Position numbers and translations under genes: made by a program. Positions 39,657-48,914 of a stretch of 64,000 nucleotides of DNA are shown here, piece by piece (position 1 is the first letter of the stretch; every line of letters starts with the position of its first letter). The notes beneath the pieces are model-generated. The model made no database searches. It saw only the letters and a list, made by a program, of their open reading frames with translations, and had not been told where the DNA came from. Origin of the DNA: Chthoniobacteraceae bacterium. GTDB lineage: Bacteria > Verrucomicrobiota > Verrucomicrobiia > Chthoniobacterales > Chthoniobacteraceae. The stretch is taken from the NCBI GenBank assembly GCA_037190965.1, contig JBBCKI010000070.1, forward strand, positions 1 through 64,000, in the 5' to 3' direction.

Positions 39657-39733
39657 TGGGGTGACCGACGGGATTTGAACCCGCGACAGCCAGAACCACA
39701 ATCTGGAGCTCTACCGACTGAGCTACGGCCACC
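39657..39733 (-). tRNA. tRNA-His (GTG)
   Basis: Reverse complement GGTGGCCGTAGCTCAGTCGGTAGAGC...TTGTGGT...GGTTCAAATCC...CGGTCACCCCA; encoded G-1 and C73 typical of tRNA-His. Confidence 0.97.
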
Positions 39734-39899
39734 ATTTCACCAAGACTTCCGAATCAATCGATCAGAAGTTTTCCCGTCCTTCAACGGGTGGAGGCGGGAG
39801 AGTATAACGGCTCTTTCCGAAATCGGAAACGGAAAATGCGTTTCCGGAGGAAAAAGTTTAGGAAATCGCTGATTACGCCTTATGGGGGGTTTCCGAGCC

Positions 39900-40313
39900 T
39901 TACCCGAAGGTCAGCTTCGTAACCCCGGAGGCTCCGGCCGCATTGAGCACGTCCATGATCCGCTCGTGCCGGGTATCCGGCGAAGGACGGATGATCACCG
40001 GGTTATCGGCCCCGAACCGGTCAATGGAACCTTTCAGCCATTCGCGGAGGGGATTGAGCGTCTTGTCGGTGGGCGTTCCGTAGGCCGTGTTATTGGCCGT
40101 CACCTGTCCCTCGGGTGCGATATCGATGATGATCGGGGTCGTCACGTTCTTCTGTCGACTCGGACCTCCTCCGGGGAGATTGACGCTAAGCTCGCTCTCC
40201 ACGATCTGGGAGCCCGCGCTGGCCATGAAAAAGAGCATGAGGACGAAAACCACGTCCACCATGGGAGCAATCTGGAATCCAATGTCGCCGTCTTCTGAGC
40301 CTACGGAAGCCAT
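39900..40313 (-). CDS. exbD: ExbD/TolR family protein
   Basis: FQIAPMVDVVFVLMLFFM TM with the conserved Asp. Confidence 0.88.
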   Translation of the reverse strand: MASVGSEDGDIGFQIAPMVDVVFVLMLFFMASAGSQIVESELSVNLPGGGPSRQKNVTTPIIIDIAPEGQVTANNTAYGTPTDKTLNPLREWLKGSIDRFGADNPVIIRPSPDTRHERIMDVLNAAGASGVTKLTFG

Positions 40314-40376
40314 AGATAGGGATGTTCTATTTTAGGGGAGATTAAGGGTGGCGCAACACGCCTGTTAAAGCGCCTG

Positions 40377-40853
40377 TTATTGAGGCTTGGGAGCGTCCTT
40401 GTCGACAACCGAGAACGTCACGTTCGAGACCTGCGCCTTTCCGATCGCTTGCAGGACCTGGCGCATGTACTCGTAGCGAACGCCCCGGTCAGCGCGCATC
40501 AGCACGCGGGTCTGCGGCACGCTGATGAGCTTGTTCTGCAACATCGGGATCAATTCATTGGGGGAGGAATACATTTTGTTATCCACCTCAATGGAACCGG
40601 CGTTGTTGATCGCCGCCCAGGAGACGTTGACGATCACCTGACCCTGCGTGTCCTTCTTGGGGGGCTTGGCGTCCTTGGCAACCGGCAGATGAATGTTCTT
40701 ATTGCTCTGCAACACCTCCGTGGAGCTGATGGACATAAAGAACACCAGCAGCACCAGAAGAATGTCGATCATCGGCGCGATCTGAAACTCCGGATCTTCC
40801 TCCGGAGCGTTGCGCGTCTGGGCGCGCTTGCTTGAGCCTTTTTTATGAGACAT
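40377..40853 (-). CDS. exbD: ExbD/TolR family protein
   Basis: FQIAPMIDILLVLLVFFM and MRADRGVRY motifs. Confidence 0.9.
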   Translation of the reverse strand: MSHKKGSSKRAQTRNAPEEDPEFQIAPMIDILLVLLVFFMSISSTEVLQSNKNIHLPVAKDAKPPKKDTQGQVIVNVSWAAINNAGSIEVDNKMYSSPNELIPMLQNKLISVPQTRVLMRADRGVRYEYMRQVLQAIGKAQVSNVTFSVVDKDAPKPQ

Positions 40854-40882
40854 AGCCCTTTAATGACGTCAGTTGACGGCAA

Positions 40883-41794
40883 TTACTGCGCCCACTGGAG
40901 GGTCGCTCCGCAGTGCGGGCAGGGATTCTGTCCCGGGCTGACGGCGCCGTTACAAACGGGGCAGTTGGTCGTCAGCGAAACGGAAACCTTACGGGACTGA
41001 CGGGCACCGGCCACAGTGCCACCGGCACCGGCGTTGAACGCGTCACCGATCTGCACTCCCTGGAGCTCGTCGAAAGGAATGTCACGGATGAGGGTGTTGA
41101 CGACGTCGTCGCCATGCACGATCACCATCTGCGAGCGGTTGCGGAAGATGTAGTAGGCGACGAAAGCAGGGATGGCGATGAAGAGGCCGCTTGCGGTGGC
41201 GAGGAGCACCTCACCGATGGAGGAAGCGAGCGCGCGGGGATCCGCGATACCCTTCTGGCCGAGAACCGCGAACGCGCCCATCATGCCGATAACGGTGCCG
41301 AGCAGTCCGATCATCGGAGAGACGACCCCGATCACGGAGAGATAGCTGTTGCGGGTGCGGATCATCGTGGCTTCGCGCAGGCCGTGTTCGGCGATGGCGT
41401 CTTCCACGGCTTCCTTACCACGACCCAGGCGGGAGAGCGCAGCTTTGAGAACGTTGGCCAGATAGTTCTTGTTGGCGTTGCAGATTTCCCAGGCTTCCTG
41501 ATAGTTCCCTGCGGAAATGGTGTCCTGAAGAGCGCCGACCAGCGTCGGAGGGGCGATTTTCTCGGGGCGCAGCGTCAGGATGTTCTGAATCACGAACGTC
41601 ACCATGGTCACGGAGGTGCCAAGGATCGCGATCCAGATCATGATGATGAGCGGGCCGCCGTGCATGATCGTCTGCAGGACGGTTTGCTGTTCATGGACGT
41701 CGCCGGCAGCTTCTTCCTGGGCAAAGCCATGGACAGCGGAGAGGAGGAAAAGGCCAAGGATGATGGCCGACGGGAGGAACTTACGGATTTTCAT
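40883..41794 (-). CDS. exbB: MotA/TolQ/ExbB proton channel protein with a C-terminal zinc ribbon
   Basis: SPMIGLLGTVIGMM and IGEVLLATASGLFIAIPA motifs; tail CPVC...CPHC. Confidence 0.9.
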   Translation of the reverse strand: MKIRKFLPSAIILGLFLLSAVHGFAQEEAAGDVHEQQTVLQTIMHGGPLIIMIWIAILGTSVTMVTFVIQNILTLRPEKIAPPTLVGALQDTISAGNYQEAWEICNANKNYLANVLKAALSRLGRGKEAVEDAIAEHGLREATMIRTRNSYLSVIGVVSPMIGLLGTVIGMMGAFAVLGQKGIADPRALASSIGEVLLATASGLFIAIPAFVAYYIFRNRSQMVIVHGDDVVNTLIRDIPFDELQGVQIGDAFNAGAGGTVAGARQSRKVSVSLTTNCPVCNGAVSPGQNPCPHCGATLQWAQ

Positions 41795-41875
41795 GGGAGC
41801 AAATCGGGGGTCAAAAACAGCGTGGTAACAGGTATGGGGGTATTAAAATGGATTTTACGAAGAATGGAAGCGGAT

Positions 41876-42634
41876 TTACGGGACCGCGACGTTGTGGTTT
41901 TTGCGAAGGGCGTCCGCCTTCTCCTTCGCACCGGCGACAGCGGCGCTGTCATGATGAAAGAGAGTCACGGTTCGCAAATAGTTCTCCAGGGCGGCAGGGT
42001 AATCCTGCTGCGCCTCTTGAACCTGGGCCAGCAGATAGAAAGCCTGGCTGTAGGTCGAGGCGACCGCGGGGGCGGGATGCTTCTCCCCCAACGCGCGGGT
42101 GGTGATCGGCTCAAGTTTTTCCTTGGCCTTGTCGTAATCTTTCTTGGAGAGCGCGATGCGGGCGAGGCCGACGTCGCTCTGGGCGGATCCTCCCTGGGCC
42201 CCGTAGGTCTTCTGAAAATCGAGATAAGCCGCCTCGGCCTCAGGCAGTTTGTTAAGGGAAACGTAGATATCCCCCAGCAGGCTGGTGGCCTGTTGCGCCC
42301 AGACGGTGGGCAATCCCTTGAATTTGTCGGCCACGGCCTTGATGGGGGCGAGCGCCTTGGCGTAATCCCCGGCGTCATAGGCGGCCTTGCCGGTTGCAAA
42401 TTCGGGCGGAGCCGCCATCGTCACAGAATGAATCTGCGCGATCTGGATGCCGATCGTCCCGGCACCGACCTGAATATTGACACTCGAACCAGTGACGCCA
42501 ATGATCTTGCCGTCCTGGGTCCGGTTGTCTTTAGTGATCACCCTGTCCTGCGCGGCGGCCATCGTTGCAAAGGACAACGTGAGGCCGAGCGCAAAAATGA
42601 GTTGCTGGGAGGAAAAGCTGCGTCTTAGCTTCAT
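41876..42634 (-). CDS. exported tetratricopeptide repeat protein
   Basis: Signal peptide, small beta domain, then TPR-like helices; first gene of the exbBDD operon; start moved to MKLRRSF. Confidence 0.75.
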   Translation of the reverse strand: MKLRRSFSSQQLIFALGLTLSFATMAAAQDRVITKDNRTQDGKIIGVTGSSVNIQVGAGTIGIQIAQIHSVTMAAPPEFATGKAAYDAGDYAKALAPIKAVADKFKGLPTVWAQQATSLLGDIYVSLNKLPEAEAAYLDFQKTYGAQGGSAQSDVGLARIALSKKDYDKAKEKLEPITTRALGEKHPAPAVASTYSQAFYLLAQVQEAQQDYPAALENYLRTVTLFHHDSAAVAGAKEKADALRKNHNVAVP

Positions 42635-42647
42635 TGTTTCAAAAATG

Positions 42648-42676
42648 AGGCTAAATAAAGCCGTTGTCGAAATCAA
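42648..42676 (-). promoter_or_regulatory. putative sigma70 promoter of the TPR-exbBDD operon
   Basis: Minus strand TTGATT-17 nt-TAGCCT, 13 nt upstream of the ATG. Confidence 0.5.
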
Positions 42677-42706
42677 CCGCAACCCGCAAACAATTTTTAG
42701 TTCCGA

Positions 42707-44230
42707 ATGGTCAATCTGTTTCGAAAATATCAGCAGCCGCTGATGGTCGTGATTACCGTCATGATCATCGTCGCCTTTGTGTGGATGTACAATACGGCGC
42801 AGTTCGACCGGATGGGAGCCGACCGCGCCTACCGGATCTACGGGCGTTCACTCTCCCAGGCGGACATCGAGCGGGCTGCCCGCCGGTTTCAACTGGCAAG
42901 AGCTCTCGGCCTGACGGAACTCATGTACGGCCTTGCCGGGAACGCCCAGAGCGAGGGCCAGGCAGTGGAAAACTTCGTCTGGAACAGCTTCGTGCTCAGC
43001 CACGAGTCAAAGAAACTGGGTATCTCCCCGGTCAACGAGGAGGTGATGGAGGCTCTGAAAAAACTCCCCGCCTTCCAGACGCACAACCAGTTCGACCCGG
43101 TAAAGTATCAGGAGTTCCTTCAGAACATGCTGATGCCCAACGGTTTCACCGACTCTCAGCTTGAGGATCTGGTGCGCGATTCGCTGCGGCTTAAAAAGCT
43201 GATGGCACTCGTGGGAAGCACCGTCGATGCCACCCCGGCGGAATTCCGCGAGCTCTACACCCGCAACAACCAGAAGACCGACGTCTCGCTGATCCGCTAC
43301 CAACTGGCCGACTTCGCCGGCGGCGTGGAACCGACCGAGGAGGAGATCAAGAAATTCTACGAGGACCACCTTCCGTCCCTGAACACCGACGAAAAGCGGA
43401 CGATCAGTTACGTGGAAATCTCCTTGAGCGATGAGGAAAAGAAACTGACCGGCAAGGACCGGATGGAAGCGTTGCAGAAACAATCCACCCGCGCTGACGA
43501 CTTTGGCCAGGCGCTTCTGGCACCGGACGCCACGTTTGCTTCAGCCGCCAAGAAAATGGGGCTGGAGGTGAAAACCACGCCTGAGTTCACCGAATCCGAC
43601 CCGCCCACGGCACTCGCCGCCATCCCGAAAGCCCCGGTGGTCGCCTTCCAGTTGACGGAAGCAGCTCCGGACAGCAACCCGGTGGAATCCGAACACGGAT
43701 TGCTGATTCTTCATCTCGACAAGATCGTTCCCAAGCGCCCGCTGACGCTGGAAGAAGCTCGCACCCGGGTGGTGGAAGGGATCAAGACCGAGCGCGGCCG
43801 CAACGCGCTGACGACCAAGGCCAACGAGACGCGCGCGAAGATTGCCGAGGCGCTCAAGACGGGCAAATCGTTTGCCGACGCGGCTGCCGAAGCGGGTGCG
43901 ACGGTCGAAGCCTTCCCGGCATTCTCGGCGGCTGAGCCCTCCGACAAGCCTTTTGCCCCGGAAATCGCCGCGCAAGCGGGTGAACTTCCCGAAGGCGGCT
44001 TCAGCGAATTGGTACCGACCTCCGAAGGAGGGCTCCTTATCTATCTCGCCAAGCGGGAACCGGTGGACGAGGCGAAGCTTGCCGCCGAGCAGGAATCGCA
44101 AATGGATGGGCTTCGCGCCTTCAAGCGGTACGCCGCCTTCAACGAATGGCTCCAACTCGCGCTCAAGGAAGCCAACCCGCAGAGCGTCGGTAATCGCGCC
44201 AAGCAGGAGCAGGAAGGTCAGGAAGGGTAA
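42707..44230 (+). CDS. PpiD-like periplasmic chaperone (SurA N-terminal domain)
   Basis: N-terminal TM (MVNLFRKYQQPLMVVITVMIIVAFVW), LPAFQTHNQFDPVKY, EEEIKKFYEDH and PLTLEEAR. Confidence 0.75.
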   Translation: MVNLFRKYQQPLMVVITVMIIVAFVWMYNTAQFDRMGADRAYRIYGRSLSQADIERAARRFQLARALGLTELMYGLAGNAQSEGQAVENFVWNSFVLSHESKKLGISPVNEEVMEALKKLPAFQTHNQFDPVKYQEFLQNMLMPNGFTDSQLEDLVRDSLRLKKLMALVGSTVDATPAEFRELYTRNNQKTDVSLIRYQLADFAGGVEPTEEEIKKFYEDHLPSLNTDEKRTISYVEISLSDEEKKLTGKDRMEALQKQSTRADDFGQALLAPDATFASAAKKMGLEVKTTPEFTESDPPTALAAIPKAPVVAFQLTEAAPDSNPVESEHGLLILHLDKIVPKRPLTLEEARTRVVEGIKTERGRNALTTKANETRAKIAEALKTGKSFADAAAEAGATVEAFPAFSAAEPSDKPFAPEIAAQAGELPEGGFSELVPTSEGGLLIYLAKREPVDEAKLAAEQESQMDGLRAFKRYAAFNEWLQLALKEANPQSVGNRAKQEQEGQEG

Positions 44231-44236
44231 GGCCCG

Positions 44237-44587
44237 GTGCCAATGGAAGAGGATGTCAGCCAGGAAGTTGAGGAGCTTTTCGATGACGCCAATGGCGATC
44301 TCGCCCTTGGCGATCTCGAAAGCGCCGTGGAGAAATACCGGCGCTGCGTAGAGCTGGCCCCCCGGTATTTCGACGGCTGGCACGCCCTCGGCATGGCCCT
44401 CATGAAAATAGGCCGCTATCCCGAAGCGATCGAAGCGGGGAAGAAAGCCGTGGAGATCAACCCCAACGACCAACTGGGATGGTCGAGCCTCTCCCTCTTT
44501 TACGTGCGTGACGGCAACATCGCGGAAGCCGAGGCCGCCGGAGCCAAGGCCCGCATTCTCTCCTGGGGAGGCAAGCTCAAAAGCTGA
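44237..44587 (+). CDS. small TPR protein
   Basis: Two to three TPR motifs (AVEKYRRCVELAP, YPEAIEAGKKAVEINP). Confidence 0.8.
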   Translation: MPMEEDVSQEVEELFDDANGDLALGDLESAVEKYRRCVELAPRYFDGWHALGMALMKIGRYPEAIEAGKKAVEINPNDQLGWSSLSLFYVRDGNIAEAEAAGAKARILSWGGKLKS

Positions 44588-44647
44588 TCCCCGGGGAGCC
44601 ACCGGATAGCGGCGCAAGCCCTCTCTCCCATTCAAATTTCCCATCCT

Positions 44648-46201
44648 ATGGCCAAACCTTTTTTCATTACCACCGCCATCGACTACACCAACGCCGCGCC
44701 GCATATCGGGCACGCGTATGAAAAGATCCTCGCCGATGTGATCGCCCGTTATCACCGGCTCAAGGGCGAGCCGGTTTTCTTTCTCACGGGAGTCGATCAA
44801 CATGGGCAGAAAGTGCAGCAGACCGCTCAAAAGGAAGGGCTGGCGCCTGCCGATTTCGCCCGCGAAGTGACGAAAAAGTTCGTCGCTCTTTGGGAAAAAC
44901 TGGGTGTCTGCTACGAGGAATGGGCGGCGACCACGGATCCCCGCCATAAGGAGGTCGTCCGGCAGATTCTCCAGCGCCTTTTTGATGCCGGGGAGATCTA
45001 CAAGGCGAAGCACTCCGGCTTTTACAGTGTCCGGCAGGAACAATTCCTGACCGACAAAGAGCGTGGGCCGGATGGCGAATTCGGCCCGGAATGGGGCGAA
45101 GTCACCGAAATTACGGAGGAGAACTATTACTTCCGGCTCGCGAAGTACCGCGACTGGCTCTTGCAGTATATCGACACGCACCCCGGCTACGTGACTCCCG
45201 CCTTTCGGCAGGTGGAACTCCGAAACGCGGTCGAAAAACTCTCGGGCGATCTCTGCATCTCCCGCCCGCAAGCGCGCCTCGCCTGGGGGATCGAGCTCCC
45301 CTTTGACGCCGATTACGTCACGTACGTCTGGTTCGACGCGCTCATCAACTACATCAGCTTTGCAGGCTACCTGAGCGAGGGCGGCGCGGCGGATTTCGAG
45401 AGCCGCTGGCCCGCGCTGCATGTTATCGGCAAAGACATTCTCGTCCCCGCGCATGGCGTTTACTGGCCCGCCATGCTGCACGCGCTCGGGTTTGGCGACG
45501 ACGCCATCCCGCCATTGCTGGTGCACGGCTACATCAACATTTCCGGGGCCAAGATGAGCAAGAGCCTCGGGAATATCGTCGATCCCGACGCCCTCGCCGA
45601 CCGTTACGGCGCGGAAGCCCTCCGCTTTTATCTCATGAGAGAGACAGCCACCGGGCAGGATATGGAGTTCTCCGAAGAACGCCTGATCCAGCGGTACAAC
45701 ACCGACCTCGCCAACGACCTCGGCAACCTGCTCAACCGCACGCTCAACATGGCGGGGCGGTATCGCGCGGGCGTGCTCAAGCGCCCTGCCGCCGACACGG
45801 AATTCCTCGCGGCCATCCGCGAACAGGCCCGGAGTTACGGGGAACGGCTCGATCAATTCCAGATCCATACCGCTCTTGAAGCCGCCTGGAACATTGCCGG
45901 AAAGTGCAACGCCTACATCGAGAGCGAAGCGCCGTGGAAGCTGGCCAAGGACCCCGCGCAGGCCGAGCGGCTCGATGCGGTGCTGTATCACCTGGCCGAA
46001 GCCCTCCGCGTGCTCTCCATCCTCATCACTCCCGTGTTGCCCAAGGCGGCGCAGGGAATGCGCGAGCAGCTCAATGTTGCGGGAGAGCCTCAACTGGCCG
46101 AAGTCTTCGCGGAAGGCGGCGGGCTGCCCGACGGGCATCAACTGGGCGCTCCCACACCATTGTTTCCACGCATCGAAACCGAGAAAACCCCGCCGAACTG
46201 A
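44648..46201 (+). CDS. metG: methionine--tRNA ligase (short form)
   Basis: ITTAIDYTN, HIGH, YVWFDAL, GKDI, KMSKS and LFPRIE; no C-terminal tRNA-binding appendix. Confidence 0.96.
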   Translation: MAKPFFITTAIDYTNAAPHIGHAYEKILADVIARYHRLKGEPVFFLTGVDQHGQKVQQTAQKEGLAPADFAREVTKKFVALWEKLGVCYEEWAATTDPRHKEVVRQILQRLFDAGEIYKAKHSGFYSVRQEQFLTDKERGPDGEFGPEWGEVTEITEENYYFRLAKYRDWLLQYIDTHPGYVTPAFRQVELRNAVEKLSGDLCISRPQARLAWGIELPFDADYVTYVWFDALINYISFAGYLSEGGAADFESRWPALHVIGKDILVPAHGVYWPAMLHALGFGDDAIPPLLVHGYINISGAKMSKSLGNIVDPDALADRYGAEALRFYLMRETATGQDMEFSEERLIQRYNTDLANDLGNLLNRTLNMAGRYRAGVLKRPAADTEFLAAIREQARSYGERLDQFQIHTALEAAWNIAGKCNAYIESEAPWKLAKDPAQAERLDAVLYHLAEALRVLSILITPVLPKAAQGMREQLNVAGEPQLAEVFAEGGGLPDGHQLGAPTPLFPRIETEKTPPN

Positions 46202-46266
46202 ACGCCATTAACCGCAAGTGATTTCGGATTGAATGCCGCCCCGCAGCCACTCATTATTTCCCACCT

Positions 46267-47331
46267 GTGAAAACACCCCGCGAGCAATATTACGACATCG
46301 AACGGATTATTGAATTCGACTTCGTTCGAGCGACCGAACATGCCGCCCTCAACGCCATTCAGTGGCTCGGACGCGGCGACAAGGAAGCCGCCGATGCGGC
46401 CGCCTGCGACGCGATCCGGGGGATGTTTGACCTGATGAACATCTGCGGCGAGGTCGTCATCGGCGAAGGGATCAAGGACAACGCCCCGGGGATTTTCAAG
46501 GGAGAACACCTCGGCACCTGGGCTCCGGGCACGCTTCGGTTCGACCTCGCACTCGACCCGATCGACGGCACAACCAACATCGCGAAGGGCGCGGCCAACT
46601 CGATTGCCTGTCTCGTCGGCGCGAGTCCCGAGGAGGGCGTGAAGCAGGCTCTCAAGGATATCCCCTCGTTTTACATGATGAAGCTCGCCTACGGCCCCAA
46701 GGTGGTGCGCTACATGGAACGCACCGGCGTGGAAACCGTGCATGTAAAAAACGCCGTGGATGAGACGATCATCTCCGTCGCCCGGGCGCTGCGGAAGCGA
46801 ATTCAGGACGTTGTCGTCCTCGTCATGGACCGGCCCCGCCATCAGCGGCTGATCGAGGAAATCCGGGCCACCGGGGCTGCCTTGCGAATGTTCTCCGACG
46901 GCGATATTGCCGCGGCCATCGCTCCCTCCATTTACGAGAGCGGCGCGGATCTTTATATGGGCGTGGGCGGCTCTCCGGAAGCCGTGCTCGCCGCCGCCGC
47001 ATTGAAGTGCCTCGGGGGCGATCTCCAGGCCATGATGTGGCCGCGCGATGAGGAAGAGCGAAAGTCGATCATCGAAGCCGGGTATGGCGACGATCTCGGC
47101 AAGGTTTTCTACGCCAATGATTTGGCCAATGGCCAGAATATCATGTTCTGCGCCACGGGCATCAGCGACAGCCCGCTCTTGAAGGGAGTCCAGGTGCGCA
47201 ATCACACCGCCACCACGCACTCCGTGCTCATGCGCGCGAAGAGCAAGACCGTCCGGCAGATCACCACCCATCACGATCTCCGCTCCAAGACGATCTACCT
47301 TCGGTCCGACAACCGGGAACACCGGCTGTAG
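46267..47331 (+). CDS. glpX: fructose-1,6-bisphosphatase class II
   Basis: VRATEHAA, VVIGEG, DPIDGT, MDRPRH, DGD, GGSPEAV and ATGIS motifs; GTG start. Confidence 0.95.
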   Translation: MKTPREQYYDIERIIEFDFVRATEHAALNAIQWLGRGDKEAADAAACDAIRGMFDLMNICGEVVIGEGIKDNAPGIFKGEHLGTWAPGTLRFDLALDPIDGTTNIAKGAANSIACLVGASPEEGVKQALKDIPSFYMMKLAYGPKVVRYMERTGVETVHVKNAVDETIISVARALRKRIQDVVVLVMDRPRHQRLIEEIRATGAALRMFSDGDIAAAIAPSIYESGADLYMGVGGSPEAVLAAAALKCLGGDLQAMMWPRDEEERKSIIEAGYGDDLGKVFYANDLANGQNIMFCATGISDSPLLKGVQVRNHTATTHSVLMRAKSKTVRQITTHHDLRSKTIYLRSDNREHRL

Positions 47332-47413
47332 GGAGACTGGAAAGACATTTTCCTCACGCCGAGCCTAGTTCTTCACTGTTTTCAATGGAATCCAACCGCT
47401 CGATGGGGAAGCC

Positions 47414-47574
47414 GGTGCGGCAGCACCGGTAGCCCGCTCGCGCCATCGAGCGCGGGTATCGGCTTCCCTGGCTCCATAAGGGCCTCATCCCAATCCCAGC
47501 AGCCCGTCCTGCGGGGATGGGCGCCAAACTCGACTCTTTATTTATCCCGCGCTCGACGGCGCGAGCGGGCTACC
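47414..47574. repeat. REP doublet (REPIN-like) element, copy 3
   Basis: GGTGCGGCAGCACC-G-GTAGCCCGCTCGCGCCATCGAGCGCGGG...CCCGCGCTCGACGGCGCGAGCGGGCTAC. Confidence 0.88.
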
Positions 47575-47631
47575 TTGTATGCTTCGTTTAGTCATCTCGG
47601 CTCAACATCTTGCACCAGCTCATCACCGCTT

Positions 47632-48759
47632 TTAGGGTTGCCGGACCGAAACAAGAGTTTCTTCGATCCGCTCCATTACCATCTGGGAGGAGAGCGACCC
47701 CATGCAGGTATGAGCATGGGGGCAGTCCCGCTTGCGGCGCAGGTTACAGGGAGCGCACGGGACTTTCACCCGGACGACGCTGCGCGGCTGTCCGTAGGGG
47801 CCGATGTGCAGGGGGTTGGTGGGACCAAAGACGCTAACCACAGGCCTCCCCATCGCCACGGCGTAATGCATCGGCCCCGAATCATTGGTGACACAGAGGG
47901 CCGCGCCTTCGATGAGCGCCCCAAGTTCCCCGATGGTCGTGCGCCCGGAAAAATCGTACGCTCCCGGGCAGGCGCTCGCGACCAGGGCGCAGCGTTCCCG
48001 TTCGGCTGGGCCTCCCGCAAGGACAACCTCGAACCCGCGATCTTTCAGTTCGCGCCCCACCTTTGCAAAACGCATGGGATCCCAATGCTTCGTCTCCCAC
48101 TGGGTTCCGGGAGCCAATACCACATAAGGGTCCCTCGAGACTGAATGGCGCTTGAAGAGAACGCTGACACGCTCATACGCCTGGGGCGGAAGATAAACCC
48201 GGAGATCCAGCTCCCACGGCTCTGTTTTACCGAAGCCAAGCAATTCGCCCACCCGGAGATACCGGTCGACGGCATGAAGGTCGAGCGTCGGCAACGAGAG
48301 ATGATGCGTGTAGGCAAGCCACGACCCCTCCCGTGCGCCCCGCCATCCGTGCGTCTTGAAAGCGCCCCGAAATGCCAGGCGCGGAGGCGGGAACCCGACC
48401 CGCGTTGCCGCACCTGTAGCCAGCGTAAAGACCGCCGAGCGAAATTGCCCATGGAGATCGATAACCAGGTCGTAACGGCCTCGGCGCAATCGGCCCAGCA
48501 ATTGAAAAATGAGCTTTGACGCGCCCCAGTCGCGCCCGAAGCGACTCAATTCCCCCCGAGGGAAGGAGACAACCCCCGGCGCGGCCGGATGATGGCTGAC
48601 AAGCTCGGCGAGTTCGGGCCGAATGAACCAGTCGATCTTCGCGGCCGGAAACCGCTCCCGCAGTTTAACCAGCACGGGAAGCGTGTGGATCACGTCGCCA
48701 AGAGCCGACGGCTTGATCAGCAGAATCCGCGAAAAATTCTCGCCCGAAATTTCTTTCAC
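47632..48759 (-). CDS. glycosyltransferase family 9 (LPS heptosyltransferase-like)
   Basis: ILLIKPSALGDVIH, DLHGQFRSA, PGTQWETKHW, NDSGPMH and FGPT motifs. Confidence 0.92.
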   Translation of the reverse strand: MKEISGENFSRILLIKPSALGDVIHTLPVLVKLRERFPAAKIDWFIRPELAELVSHHPAAPGVVSFPRGELSRFGRDWGASKLIFQLLGRLRRGRYDLVIDLHGQFRSAVFTLATGAATRVGFPPPRLAFRGAFKTHGWRGAREGSWLAYTHHLSLPTLDLHAVDRYLRVGELLGFGKTEPWELDLRVYLPPQAYERVSVLFKRHSVSRDPYVVLAPGTQWETKHWDPMRFAKVGRELKDRGFEVVLAGGPAERERCALVASACPGAYDFSGRTTIGELGALIEGAALCVTNDSGPMHYAVAMGRPVVSVFGPTNPLHIGPYGQPRSVVRVKVPCAPCNLRRKRDCPHAHTCMGSLSSQMVMERIEETLVSVRQP

Positions 48760-48914
48760 TAGAGCCTTTTAAGTAAAAAGTTAGCCGTTGATTTTGCGAG
48801 CGCCGTGGGCTGGTGCGCGCTTTTTCAAGCGAAGCGGCTGTATTTTCCCTTACCGCCCGAGCTTGAAGGGCTGCGCCGCCGAAAAACAATGGCTATAGAA
48901 TTAATTAAACCGCT

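Noticed and set aside
38538..39733. Integrative element at the tRNA genes
   Set aside because: No integrase and no duplicated tRNA 3' end (att site) found.
40913..42628. 571-aa ORF on the + strand
   Set aside because: Antisense shadow of exbB and the TPR gene.
43541..46141. 866-aa ORF on the - strand
   Set aside because: Antisense to the ppiD-like, TPR and metG genes, which have clear motifs.
15438..47574. Repeats as a CRISPR array
   Set aside because: Copies are dispersed inverted doublets, not regularly spaced direct repeats; no cas genes in the window.
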